From NCBI GenBank assembly GCA_016188245.1, contig JACPIE010000038.1, forward strand, positions 30,939 through 94,938: 64,000 nt of DNA, given 5' to 3'. Positions 28,992 to 38,361 of the stretch are shown one piece after another. Below the pieces are notes generated by a model. The model ran no database searches and had not been told where the DNA came from. It was given only the letters and a program-made list of their open reading frames with translations. The translations under genes were made by a program, and so were the position numbers. Source of the stretch: Candidatus Woesearchaeota archaeon. GTDB lineage: Archaea; Nanobdellota; Nanobdellia; Woesearchaeales; GW2011-AR4. Positions within the stretch are counted from its first letter, which is position 1. Every line of letters starts with the position of its first letter.

Positions 28992-30752
28992 TTACCTTCT
29001 CAAAAACCCGCTCAAAGTAATCTGCTCATCACGTTTTGAGCTCAAATAAATCACCTGGCCTTCTCTTGAGCCATACCTGTAAACAGAAATTCCTTTACAG
29101 CCGAGCTCATAGGCCATCATAAAGATTTTCTCAACATCTTCAACAGTTGCGTCTTTTGGCAAAGTTACGGTTTTTGAAATGCCGTTGTCAACATATTTCT
29201 GGAAGGCAGCCTGCATCCTGACGTGCCATTCCGGGGCAATGTCGGAGCCGACAACAAATATCTTTTTTAGTTTATCAGGAATCTCGTCTATATTTTTTAA
29301 CGAGCCTTCTTTGTTGATTTTATCAATTATCTCGTCATTGTACATATAATTTTCCTTAAGGGATTTCTTCAGCTCTTCATTAAAATAAATTAATGTTTTT
29401 CCTTCTGCAGTCCTCCTTGCATAGCTCAGGGCAAACAAAGGCTCTATGCCGCTTGACACGTCTGCAATTATGCTTATTGTGCCTGTCGGCGCAATTGTTG
29501 TTCTTGTTGCGTTCCTTAAGGGCATGTGGCAGCCTTTGAAGTATTTTGATTTCTTGTTGTAAACACTGTTTTTCCATTCCGGGAAAGCGCCTCTTTTCCC
29601 TGCAAGCTCAAGTGATGCAATGCTTGCTTCTTTTGAGATGAATTTCATGATTTTTTCTGCCGCATTTAGCCCATCTTGGGAATCATAGGCAATTCCGAGC
29701 TTTATGAGCATGTCGGCAAATCCCATGACCCCAAGCCCGATTTTTCTGTTCTTGTAAACAATTTTTTTATTTTCTTCCAGCGGGTATTGGCACATGTCAA
29801 TCACATTGTCAAGAAAATGCACGGCAGAATGCACAATTTTTTTTAATCTTTCAAAATTTATTTTTTTGCCATCAGCCATATTTGACAGGTTAATGCTTCC
29901 CAGATTGCATGCTTCATACGGCAGAAGCGGCTGCTCGCCGCAGCTGTCTGTGCTCTCAATTTTTCCAAGCTTTGGAGTCTGGTTAAACTCATTAATCCTG
30001 TCTATGAAGATGACTCCGGGGTCTCCATTTAGCCATGCCTGCCCGCAAATCAGCCTGAAAATTCTTTTTGCGCTTTCTTTTTTTTCAATTTTTTTTGTTC
30101 TTGGGTTCTCCAGGCTGTAATTCTTGTTTTTCCTGGCAGCCTGCATGAATTTGTCAGTTATGGCAACTGAAACATTGAAATTAGTGAGCACATTCTCTTT
30201 GCTTTTTATTGTTATGAACTCTTCAATATCTGGATGGCTTGCATTCAGAATCCCCATGTTGGCCCCCCTTAAAGTGCCGCCGAGCTTTATCTGCCCAGTT
30301 GCCGCGTCAAACACCTTCATGAAGGAAACAGGCCCAGAAGTAAAGCCGGAACTTTCTATCATGTCTCCTTTTGGCCTCAGCCTTGAAAAATTGAATCCTG
30401 TGCCGGCCCCTGTTTTATGAATCAAGGCCGCATCATGCAGAGTCTTAAAAATTGAGCTTATGTCATCTTCAATCGGCAGGACAAAGCAGGCTGCAAGCTG
30501 CTGCAGCTTTCTCCCGGCATTGAGCAGAGTCGGAGAATTCGGCAGAAAATCCAAAGACACCATCAAATCGTAGAATTCCTGCTCCGTTTTTTTGGCATTT
30601 CCCCCGTATCTTGCATCAGGCTTGGCAATATTCCTTGCAACTCTCCTGAACATGTTTCCCGGCCCCTCGACAACTTTTCCATTTTCATTTTTTTTCAGGT
30701 ACCTATGCTCAAGAATCAATAACGCATTTTTTGACAGGCTAAGCTTTTGCAT
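28992..30752 (-). CDS. nrdJ: adenosylcobalamin-dependent ribonucleotide reductase (class II), compact paralog without ATP cone or inteins
   Basis: Matches the large RNR at 33971 in 'GAGTGFNFSRLRPKGD', 'LRGANMGILNASHPDIEEFI', 'DPGVIFIDRINEFN', 'STDSCGEQ...EACNLGSINLS', 'TIAPTGTISIIADVSSGIEP'. It lacks the N-terminal ATP cone and the C-terminal Zn ribbon. Confidence 0.8.
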   Translation of the reverse strand: MQKLSLSKNALLILEHRYLKKNENGKVVEGPGNMFRRVARNIAKPDARYGGNAKKTEQEFYDLMVSLDFLPNSPTLLNAGRKLQQLAACFVLPIEDDISSIFKTLHDAALIHKTGAGTGFNFSRLRPKGDMIESSGFTSGPVSFMKVFDAATGQIKLGGTLRGANMGILNASHPDIEEFITIKSKENVLTNFNVSVAITDKFMQAARKNKNYSLENPRTKKIEKKESAKRIFRLICGQAWLNGDPGVIFIDRINEFNQTPKLGKIESTDSCGEQPLLPYEACNLGSINLSNMADGKKINFERLKKIVHSAVHFLDNVIDMCQYPLEENKKIVYKNRKIGLGVMGFADMLIKLGIAYDSQDGLNAAEKIMKFISKEASIASLELAGKRGAFPEWKNSVYNKKSKYFKGCHMPLRNATRTTIAPTGTISIIADVSSGIEPLFALSYARRTAEGKTLIYFNEELKKSLKENYMYNDEIIDKINKEGSLKNIDEIPDKLKKIFVVGSDIAPEWHVRMQAAFQKYVDNGISKTVTLPKDATVEDVEKIFMMAYELGCKGISVYRYGSREGQVIYLSSKRDEQITLSGFLRR

Positions 30753-30831
30753 TTGCCCAATCTATCCATTGCGGTTTATAAATATTGCCACTATCAAAAA
30801 ATTTATATAAACCAAAATCCAATAATCCAGC

Positions 30832-31113
30832 ATGGAGCACTTATCCATCAGGGAAGTCCATGACCGGCTTTTGGAGCTTCAAGGCTGGGAGATGTCAGAC
30901 CATTCTTCCATCTTCAAGGAATTCGAGTTTGACAATTTCAAGGAAGCTATGGAGTTTGCAAATAAAGTCGGGGAAGAGGCCCAAAGGGAAAATCACCATC
31001 CGGACATCCTGGTGAAGTACAATAAAGTCACTTTAACTTTGACAACTCACGATGAAGGCGGATTGACTTATAAGGACTTTAAGCTGGCCAAGATCATTGA
31101 GCAGATGGTTTGA
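30832..31113 (+). CDS. phhB: pterin-4a-carbinolamine dehydratase
   Basis: 'ENHHPDILVKYNKVTLTLTTHDEGGLTYKD' is the PCD/DCoH signature. Confidence 0.8.
   Translation: MEHLSIREVHDRLLELQGWEMSDHSSIFKEFEFDNFKEAMEFANKVGEEAQRENHHPDILVKYNKVTLTLTTHDEGGLTYKDFKLAKIIEQMV
31078..31113. repeat. direct repeat copy 1 (3' end of phhB, 36 bp)
   Basis: tttaagctggccaagatcattgagcagatggtttga. Identical at 34 of 36 positions to 32283..32318. Confidence 0.8.
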
Positions 31114-31241
31114 ATCTTAGAATTGAAAGGGCAAATAGCGATAATGGGATTTGAGGCTAGAGTTTCGAAATTATTAGACGAACTCATAATAACAAAAATT
31201 AAGGGCGTAATATTTATATAGTTAAGAGTACAAATAGTTTA

Positions 31242-31466
31242 TTGCGATTAAAAATGCAATCTTTTACAGCAGTTTTGCATAAGGAAGAAGACATGTATGT
31301 AGCAGAATGCCCGGAAGTTGGTACAGTTAGCCAAGGCAAGAACATTGACGAAGCAGTTTCTAACCTCAAAGAAGCCACCGAACTTTACTTGGAAGAATTT
31401 CCAGTAAAGGAAAAACGAAAAACTTGGCTGACGACTTTTGAGGTGGCTATTGATGCCGGAACTTAG
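31242..31466 (+). CDS. hicB: HicB-family antitoxin (UPF0150)
   Basis: 'FTAVLHKEEDMYVAECPEVGTVSQGKNIDEAVSNLKEATELYLEE'. Likely start at MQSFTAV. Confidence 0.7.
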   Translation: MRLKMQSFTAVLHKEEDMYVAECPEVGTVSQGKNIDEAVSNLKEATELYLEEFPVKEKRKTWLTTFEVAIDAGT

Positions 31467-31683
31467 GAAAGTATCTGGCGAAAAGGCTGTAAAGATTCTT
31501 TGCAACAAATTGGGATTTTCTATAAGCGGGCGAACTGGCTCTCATGTTAGATTATCGAAAGAAACGCCAGAAGGGAAAGTCGGAACAGTTGTGCCAATTC
31601 ATTCTGAACTGAAAATTGGAACTCTGAAAGGAATTTTGAAGCTTGCAAAAGTGGACGAAGAGGAGTTTAAAAAATACCTATGA
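31438..31683 (+). CDS. hicA: HicA-family mRNA interferase toxin (YcfA-like)
   Basis: 'LRKVSGEKAVKILCNKLGFSISGRTGSHVRL' and 'VPIHSELKIGTLKGILKLA'. Overlaps the end of hicB. Confidence 0.75.
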   Translation: MRWLLMPELRKVSGEKAVKILCNKLGFSISGRTGSHVRLSKETPEGKVGTVVPIHSELKIGTLKGILKLAKVDEEEFKKYL

Positions 31684-32282
31684 CGGGAAAACTTGAAAAG
31701 AAAAGTTTTAAATTTAAGCCTAAAACTGATACTAAAATGGGATTGTTTTCAGACCATGATATAAATGAGGCTGAAAGAGCTTTAGGCGCATTGCAACCGC
31801 CTATAGATCGCGAAACAAAGATTTTAATTCTTAGGGGTTTTGAAAAAGGGTGGAAAGCGCTAGGAGACATAAGTGGCAATATTCATTATGATGAATCTAT
31901 TAGGGAGCAAGTGATAACCCTTAGGAATGAAGCTACTCGAATTAAAGTTGAAAATTTAACAAAAAAACCCTTTGATTTTGGATATATATTGGGATGTTTA
32001 ATTGGCACTTTAAGATTTCATCCAACATCTTTACTCAAATATGGGGACAAAAGGTTCCTTAAAAAACTTTCCCGGAGTATTAACTCTTTAAGAAAAATTT
32101 CCCCCATTCATGACTTGGTCATAAGATATTTAAGAGAATGGCAGGAATGGATAGTGTTCTATTCCAGATTTCCAAGTGCTATCCTTTACAGGAATGCTAC
32201 AGTGGGCAGGCCTCCAACCGAAGATGAAAAAAATAAGATGCGCCAGCTTTACGAGCTTTTTGTCAGGGAGGTAGGGCTTTAG
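31680..32282 (+). CDS. hypothetical protein (200 aa) carried on the inserted segment
   Basis: Clean ORF overlapping the hicA stop by 4 nt. No motif recognised. Confidence 0.4.
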   Translation: MTGKLEKKSFKFKPKTDTKMGLFSDHDINEAERALGALQPPIDRETKILILRGFEKGWKALGDISGNIHYDESIREQVITLRNEATRIKVENLTKKPFDFGYILGCLIGTLRFHPTSLLKYGDKRFLKKLSRSINSLRKISPIHDLVIRYLREWQEWIVFYSRFPSAILYRNATVGRPPTEDEKNKMRQLYELFVREVGL

Positions 32283-32318
32283 TTTAAGCTGGCCAAGATA
32301 ATAGAGCAGATGGTTTGA
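32283..32318. repeat. direct repeat copy 2 (displaced phhB 3' end remnant)
   Basis: tttaagctggccaagataatagagcagatggtttga. The two differences from copy 1 are synonymous Ile codon changes (atc/att to ata). Confidence 0.8.
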
Positions 32319-32638
32319 GGTTTTATAAGATGGGCAAAACTGCGCGAAGAATTTTGATTGGCTCTGCAGCCTTTGTGTTCACAGGATTGGTGCATAGAAT
32401 ACTTGAAGATGAAATTTTAAGGCTAAAATCACTTAAATTTATAAGCGAGACTGCAGCAGAAAGAGCCAAAACCCCAGACGATAGGTATATTCATCAAAAA
32501 CGCTCTGAATACTATGGAAGGCTTGCCATCATTGCTGAAACTATTCAGTCTATAAACCCCTTTTCCATCCCATCCCATTTAAGAAATGTTTACAACAACT
32601 ATTCATCAAAAAAGCACTATGAAGCTGGCAAATCTTAA
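32315..32638 (+). CDS. hypothetical protein
   Basis: Likely start at MGKTARRIL. One hydrophobic segment. No motif recognised. Confidence 0.3.
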   Translation: MRFYKMGKTARRILIGSAAFVFTGLVHRILEDEILRLKSLKFISETAAERAKTPDDRYIHQKRSEYYGRLAIIAETIQSINPFSIPSHLRNVYNNYSSKKHYEAGKS

Positions 32639-33246
32639 TACTCAATCCCTTTTCTCGCCACAATCCCTTTTTGCCACGGATGCTTAACGCTTTGAATGGC
32701 ATTGACATAATCTGCCGCTTCCATTAATTCTTTTGGAGCGTCCCTGCCTGTGAAAACCAGCTCGACTTTTCCGTGCTCTTTGGCAATTTCCAAAACTTCT
32801 TTTAAAGGAATCAATTCCTTTGCAAGAGCGCAGTTTATCTCGTCCAGAATGACCATGTCATAATCATTGCTTTTAATGATTTTTTTGGCATGCTCCCACC
32901 CTTCCATCGCAGCGTCTTTTTCCTTGATGTCCGGCTGGAAAACAAATCTTCCTGTTTTGTCCTCAAACTCCTGCAGGTGCTTCTGCCTTTCTTTCAGCGC
33001 ATCAACCCCGAACTGTTCAATCTCAAATCCAAGTTTTTTGGCCGAATAAATTTCTCCTGTGAACCCGCTTTTCAGGAATTGTATCATATGGACTTTTAGA
33101 TTATTGCCGACTGCCCTCAAAGCCAGCCCAAGCGAAGAAGTTGTCTTGCCTTTGCCGTCCCCAGTGATTACATGGACTAATCCGAGGCTTTCCCTGCTGT
33201 TGTCGCCGGTTACTTTGATTGGAGACTTTATTTTTGTCAGTGACAT
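32635..33246 (-). CDS. cobO: cob(I)alamin adenosyltransferase (CobA/CobO/BtuR type)
   Basis: P-loop 'ITGDGKGKTTSSLG' and 'MVILDEIN'. Lies between the two B12-dependent RNR genes. Confidence 0.8.
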   Translation of the reverse strand: MSLTKIKSPIKVTGDNSRESLGLVHVITGDGKGKTTSSLGLALRAVGNNLKVHMIQFLKSGFTGEIYSAKKLGFEIEQFGVDALKERQKHLQEFEDKTGRFVFQPDIKEKDAAMEGWEHAKKIIKSNDYDMVILDEINCALAKELIPLKEVLEIAKEHGKVELVFTGRDAPKELMEAADYVNAIQSVKHPWQKGIVARKGIEY

Positions 33247-33247
33247 T

Positions 33248-33859
33248 TCATTTAAGCTTTTTATTTTTTATAGTAAAATATGATATTGACATTGTGATTA
33301 TTGCGCCGATTGCAGCCATAAGCATGTCTTTTTCAGCGTCAAACACATCTCCCTGGATGCCGAGCCACGCAATTGCGTTATCCGGCTGGACAATTGTTGC
33401 AACAGCCCATTCAATAACCTCATATGCTGCGCTTGCCGACATTATGGTGTTTGTAGGGATAGAATAGCTTAAAAAGCCGGTTATGCCCGTCAATCTTGTT
33501 ACAAATTCCCTTACAGGATAAACTATCAACAATCCGAATGTGAAATGGACTAATCTGTTGTAGTTGTCCCTTTGGAAATGCAGGACATTGAACAGCGATT
33601 TAACAAAAGGAACTTCTGAATAAGTGTAGTGGGCGCCAATTGCGTGCAAAATCATAAAGATTGCGATTAAAGTATATGAGAGATTTGAAAACCGGAATTT
33701 TCCGTATGTTAAAATCAGCAATGGAACAAACACAAAAGGCAATAAATTCTCCAGAAGCCAGTCAAATCTGTTTAACGGGCTTATGGCCAGCAAAGCCCAG
33801 GCTATCAAATAAGCAAAAAGGCAGTATTTCGGATAATTTTCTGAAAATGAGGATTTCAT
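33248..33859 (-). CDS. membrane protein (DUF2238/YjdF-like)
   Basis: Approximately 6 TM helices. Weak family resemblance only. Confidence 0.4.
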   Translation of the reverse strand: MKSSFSENYPKYCLFAYLIAWALLAISPLNRFDWLLENLLPFVFVPLLILTYGKFRFSNLSYTLIAIFMILHAIGAHYTYSEVPFVKSLFNVLHFQRDNYNRLVHFTFGLLIVYPVREFVTRLTGITGFLSYSIPTNTIMSASAAYEVIEWAVATIVQPDNAIAWLGIQGDVFDAEKDMLMAAIGAIITMSISYFTIKNKKLK

Positions 33860-33970
33860 TTTTGAATTTGATTATGCTAATGAGCTGATAATGCCCATAA
33901 CTTAAGCTATTGGCTGTAACATCCAACAAAACTCCACCCGTGTTTTGAAAGAAAAAACAAATAAAAGAAA

Positions 33971-36900
33971 TTAAGTGCAGAGGCCCCATCCGCATCCCGG
34001 GCAGTGCAAACATCCTTCTTTAAGCTCAACTTTAGTGCCGCACTCCGGGCAGTTCTTGATTGTCTGTTTTGTAATCGGCCTTGCATCGCTTCCATTGCCG
34101 TTGGCAAAAACAAGCCCGGATTCCGACTCTTTGACCATCTTTTTCATCTCTGGCTTTATGTCCACTTCAATATTTGCGCCTTCCTTTTTCTCTTTGGCTT
34201 TTGGGGCGACAAGCACTTGATCCTTGATGCTGGAATCCCTGAACACAGTCACATCCTTGCAGCCAAGCGTGTAAGCCAGGATATAGCTTTCTTTCATGTC
34301 CTCAACAGTTGCATCTGCAGGAAAATTGTTTGTCTTTGAAATGCTTGAGTCCACCCATTTCTGGAATGATGCTAAAGCTCTTATATGGTCTTCCGGAGTC
34401 ATGTCAGTTGCCGTAACAAGCACCTTCCTCAGTTGCTCAGGCAGATATTCAATTCCCTGTATGCTGCCCCTGTGCTCGTTTATGTCTTCCATGAGCTTTT
34501 CATTCAACAGACCTTCATCCCTGAGCACTTTTTCAGCAGCGGGATCCACATAATAAAAGCTGCCGACTTTCACATTCTTCTCAAACACAAGGGAATAAAC
34601 CGGTTCCATTCCTGATGAGCATCCGGCAATCATTGAAATGCTCCCTGTTGGGGCGATTATTGTAGTATACCCATTCCTGATGCCGTGCTTCTTTATGTCT
34701 TCGCTTATTTTGCCCCAGTCAAAATGCGATTCATCTTTTAAATAAGGGCCCCTTATCGGCAATTTTCCCTGCTTGTAAAAGCTTTTGTCATAATATGGAA
34801 GATTGCCCCTTGCCTTTGCAAGCTCTATGCTTTCAACCTTGCTCCAGTAGGCTATGAACTCCATCAGCAGCTCCATGAATTTTCTTCCTTGTTCTGAGTT
34901 GTAGGCAAGCCTTAATTCATACAGCAAATCACCGACTCCCATTACACCCAATCCTATCTTCCTTGTGCTTAAGCTCATCTCCTCGATTGCTTTTAACGGG
35001 AAATTGTTGACATCAATAACATTGTCCAAAAATCTTGTGCAGCCCCTTACAACCTCCCTTAATGAGTCCCAGTCAACTGTCTTGTTGCCTTCCTCATCTT
35101 CTTTTGTAAATGCCCATACATTTATGCTGCCAAGATTGCACGGCTCATTTGGGTAAAGCAGAACTTCGCCGCAATTATGCACAACAATGCCATTGGCTAT
35201 GAAAGAATGTGTTGATGGTTCTGTAATGTCATAAACTTCTTCAATGCCACTTATCTCTATTCTATCTATGCTGTCTTCATGTTCTTCATTAGTAGTTATT
35301 ATCCTATCTTCTTCCGTTAATTTTGCAGCTTCTATCCACCCATTTGAAGTCAGTATTTTATGATCTGGTGTGCATCTCAAGTCATTTCCTTTTTTGGTAA
35401 TCAATTTAATGGTTTGTTTTAAGCCGGTTTTGAACACTTTATATTGCGTAACATGATTTATCAATTCCAAAAATTGATTTCCGTTTTTTACCGTTTGATG
35501 TACGGCTATTCCCACACCTCCATTAGGATATTTTTCAGCCAATTCTTTTATACTTATCGAACCACTCTTGGTCAAAATCATTGTATCTCCTGTTACGCAA
35601 GGATTAGTCGTGACAATAGGCCCAAGATGCTCGTAAAATGGGTTGTATTCATTTACCCTGTCAAAAAATATAATGCCGGGCTCTGCAGATTCCCAGGCCT
35701 GATAGACAACCTTGTCAAATAACACTCTTGGGTTTACAGTTTTGACCACTTTTCCGTCCTTTGGATTGACTAAGGGATATGGCTCGTTCTTTTCATAATG
35801 CTCCCAAAAATCAGGCATTATCAGTATGCTTATGTTGAAATTCCTCAATGACTTGTTGCCATCCTTGGCGGTTATGAACTGCTCTATGTCAGGATGGTTT
35901 GAATTCAGGATGCCCATGTTTGCCCCTCTTCTTATCCCCCCTTGCTTTATCACTTCAGTCATTGTATCAAACAGCCTCATGAAGCTCAAAGGCCCTGAAG
36001 CTACCCCCCCTGTGGAGCTGACAAAATCGCCTTCCGGCCTGAGCTTTGAGAAATTGTAACCCATGCCGCCTCCTGCTTTAAACACAATTGCAGTATTCTT
36101 TAGCGTTTCCATGATTCCGTCTATGGAGTCCGGAACATCCAATACAAAGCAATTATGCACAGAAACCATATTTGCAACATAAGAATGGTCTTCTTCAATC
36201 TCAAGATTGTATACAGTTCCGACATAATCCACTTTCGATATTTCGTCTATTTCTGTAAAGGTTATGCCATCTGCAACAATGGTATTTGGCTTGTAACCAC
36301 TATCAACTTCCTGCCTGTCAAATAATTCATTAATAAGCAAAAGGCCATTTTCTCCGCTTATTGTGCACCTATAAGGCTGGGTTGTTCCAAGCTTCGGCAT
36401 AGACTCCTTACCTAAAGCAGTAAAGACACCGCAGCGCATAGCCATCTGCCAGAAAGCATAAACTAAATTTTGATTGCACATCACAAGTTTTGCGTTTGTT
36501 TTATGCGAGTTTTTGAATATGGTGCCGTCTCCTCTTATCAGTCCAGCCATAATTCCTTTTTGCTTATTCTGGGGCAGTTTTATAATCCATTGCGGTATAT
36601 ATTTATTTTTATACCCTCTGCCTAAAATGTTTTCAAAGAAATTAGCCAGTATTGTAGAATGAAACCTTAACGATAGCCATTTTCTAGCTTCGCTATTTGT
36701 TTTTTCTATTCTTGCAGAAACTCCAAATTTATTCTCCATTATTGATATAACTTCTCTGCAATAATTTTCCTCATCGGCCGAAAATGTAAATCTTACACAA
36801 TCCTTGTCTGCAATTGAGCCTTCAGAAAGATAATACCCAAATAACTTCATAAGCTCGTAATCAACAGTAATGCTATTTTTTACAGGCTTTGTAGTGTGTA

Positions 36901-38104
36901 CAAATGCATTGAATTTTCCTCCCTTATACTCATAGGCACACTCATCCTTTTCATTCAAGGTTACATTTTTAACTACGTCATTAATCCTTATTTCTGTAAT
37001 TTCTTCTGTTTCTGTAGGGTAAGATAAAGCTACATAATCTCCTTCATCAAGCATATTAAGCTGTATCCATTGAATCTTGTTGTCCTTATAGCTCAGTATA
37101 GGATGCTCTTCTGTTACAAGCATGGAAGGCTTTGGGAGTTTGCTGCAACTCACTTTGTATAAAGAGTTCGTATCTCTAACATATACTTTTTCAACTTTTC
37201 TAAACCTGCCCCTGTGTGTCAGTACTTCATCTCCAACTTTAATGTTTTTTATTTCCTTTGGACCATCTTTAGCCATTATTGGTTGGTTTGGATGAAAGCA
37301 TGCGCTTCCCATTCCCAAAGGATTGCCAAAATTGGCAATTGCAGGGGTATTCGGCATAAACAGCTTTCTTGTCATCAAATTGTAAAGCTCATCAAAATTC
37401 TTCTCATAGCTGTCAAGCTCGCCTTTCTTTATCATATCAAAGAGCTTGCTCCATGACACTTTCATCTGCCCGTTGCCGTTGAACCTGTCGTACATTCTCT
37501 TCAGCGCTTCCAGATGATACCTGTTAAGCCTGTATTTTCCAATTCCATACTGGTCTTCATTAATAGCGGGCTTGAAGTCTTCTGTGAAGTTTACCGGCTG
37601 CTGGCCGTGTATATCGAACAATCTTGCATCGTAAAACAAGTCAGGCAAAGCCGCATGCACTGCAACTCTTGTAAATAGCTGCTTGGGAGTTTCAATCAGC
37701 TTGCCTGTTGCATCCTTTCTCAAGTACCTTGCTTTCAGGACCCTTAACGCGTTTACATCAAAGCGCTTGTCAACTTCGTCAATTTCCTCTTTTTCAAGCA
37801 CAAGCTGCTTTTCCTTTCTTACCTCTGACCTTTGCTGCCTGTAAAGAATGTAGGCTTTTGCAGTTGCAGCATGCCCTTCCTCAATAAGCACTTTTTCCAC
37901 AATGTCCTGAATTTCTTCAACAGAAGGCACGTCTTTGTTGAGATTTTCAAGCTGCCCAATAACTTTGTCGCTGATTTGCCTGGCTGCTTTCCTGTCTTTT
38001 CCTCCGACAGCCCTTGCAGCCTTGAAAACAGCCTCTGTAATCTTGTTTTGGTCAAATCCTGCCACAGTCCCGTCCCGTTTCCTTATCTGAAAAAGCTTTT
38101 GCAT
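33971..38104 (-). CDS. nrdJ: adenosylcobalamin-dependent ribonucleotide reductase (class II) with ATP cone, two inteins and C-terminal Zn ribbon
   Basis: N-terminal ATP cone 'IRKRDGTVAGFDQNKITEAV'. Catalytic exteins 'GGGMGYNFSKLRPEGD', 'GIRRGANMGILNSNHPDIEQFI' and NPC|GE. C-terminal 'CPECGTKVELKEGCLHCPGCGWGLCT'. The intein-free product would be 852 aa. Confidence 0.9.
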   Translation of the reverse strand: MQKLFQIRKRDGTVAGFDQNKITEAVFKAARAVGGKDRKAARQISDKVIGQLENLNKDVPSVEEIQDIVEKVLIEEGHAATAKAYILYRQQRSEVRKEKQLVLEKEEIDEVDKRFDVNALRVLKARYLRKDATGKLIETPKQLFTRVAVHAALPDLFYDARLFDIHGQQPVNFTEDFKPAINEDQYGIGKYRLNRYHLEALKRMYDRFNGNGQMKVSWSKLFDMIKKGELDSYEKNFDELYNLMTRKLFMPNTPAIANFGNPLGMGSACFHPNQPIMAKDGPKEIKNIKVGDEVLTHRGRFRKVEKVYVRDTNSLYKVSCSKLPKPSMLVTEEHPILSYKDNKIQWIQLNMLDEGDYVALSYPTETEEITEIRINDVVKNVTLNEKDECAYEYKGGKFNAFVHTTKPVKNSITVDYELMKLFGYYLSEGSIADKDCVRFTFSADEENYCREVISIMENKFGVSARIEKTNSEARKWLSLRFHSTILANFFENILGRGYKNKYIPQWIIKLPQNKQKGIMAGLIRGDGTIFKNSHKTNAKLVMCNQNLVYAFWQMAMRCGVFTALGKESMPKLGTTQPYRCTISGENGLLLINELFDRQEVDSGYKPNTIVADGITFTEIDEISKVDYVGTVYNLEIEEDHSYVANMVSVHNCFVLDVPDSIDGIMETLKNTAIVFKAGGGMGYNFSKLRPEGDFVSSTGGVASGPLSFMRLFDTMTEVIKQGGIRRGANMGILNSNHPDIEQFITAKDGNKSLRNFNISILIMPDFWEHYEKNEPYPLVNPKDGKVVKTVNPRVLFDKVVYQAWESAEPGIIFFDRVNEYNPFYEHLGPIVTTNPCVTGDTMILTKSGSISIKELAEKYPNGGVGIAVHQTVKNGNQFLELINHVTQYKVFKTGLKQTIKLITKKGNDLRCTPDHKILTSNGWIEAAKLTEEDRIITTNEEHEDSIDRIEISGIEEVYDITEPSTHSFIANGIVVHNCGEVLLYPNEPCNLGSINVWAFTKEDEEGNKTVDWDSLREVVRGCTRFLDNVIDVNNFPLKAIEEMSLSTRKIGLGVMGVGDLLYELRLAYNSEQGRKFMELLMEFIAYWSKVESIELAKARGNLPYYDKSFYKQGKLPIRGPYLKDESHFDWGKISEDIKKHGIRNGYTTIIAPTGSISMIAGCSSGMEPVYSLVFEKNVKVGSFYYVDPAAEKVLRDEGLLNEKLMEDINEHRGSIQGIEYLPEQLRKVLVTATDMTPEDHIRALASFQKWVDSSISKTNNFPADATVEDMKESYILAYTLGCKDVTVFRDSSIKDQVLVAPKAKEKKEGANIEVDIKPEMKKMVKESESGLVFANGNGSDARPITKQTIKNCPECGTKVELKEGCLHCPGCGWGLCT
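35174..35599 (-). mobile_element. intein 2 (142-aa mini-intein) inserted at the NPC|GE radical-Cys motif
   Basis: 'VTTNP|CVTGDTMILTK...GIVVHN|CGEVLLYPNEPCNLGSIN'. Cys1, a terminal HN and a +1 Cys are present and there is no endonuclease domain. The paralog reads '...SCGEQPLLPYEACNLGSINLS' at this site. Confidence 0.85.
36152..37300 (-). mobile_element. intein 1 (383 aa) with LAGLIDADG homing-endonuclease domain, inserted before a conserved active-site Cys
   Basis: Begins with Cys ('GMGSA|CFHPNQ') and ends 'MVSVHN|CFVLDV'. LAGLIDADG blocks 'LFGYYLSEGSI' and 'IMAGLIRGDGTI'. The extein junction aligns with 'LAACFVLPIEDD' in the intein-free paralog. Confidence 0.85.
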
Positions 38105-38158
38105 TTTTTAACCTCTTTGCGTTTTTTACTACTCACACGAAAACACAACATATAGTAT

Positions 38159-38188
38159 ACAAGATGTCGTCGGCATACTACATCTTGT
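38159..38188. promoter_or_regulatory. 9-bp inverted repeat (acaagatgt/acatcttgt) in the nrdJ upstream region
   Basis: Perfect 9-bp arms separated by 12 nt, about 55-85 bp upstream of the nrdJ start codon. Confidence 0.25.
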
Positions 38189-38361
38189 GTATTTTTAGTT
38201 CATGCTTATATTTAAAGATTGTGATTCCGCTATATAAAAACAAAGCACCTTTTTACCAAAACCCGAACAAAAATGGAAGATTTTGAGGTTTATATATTTT
38301 AGGCAGGGATGTCCAGTGGTTGATTATGCGCATTTAAATACAAGCTTAACATTATGCATTT

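Noticed and set aside
34004-38055. Many antisense ORFs inside nrdJ
   Set aside because: The nrdJ reading frame is confirmed by conserved RNR and intein motifs end to end. The antisense frames are spurious.
38105-38361. Possible NrdR box upstream of nrdJ (acaacatatagtatac resembles the ACACwAtATaTwGTGT consensus)
   Set aside because: The match is only partial and no nrdR gene is visible in the window. The perfect 9-bp inverted repeat next to it is reported instead.
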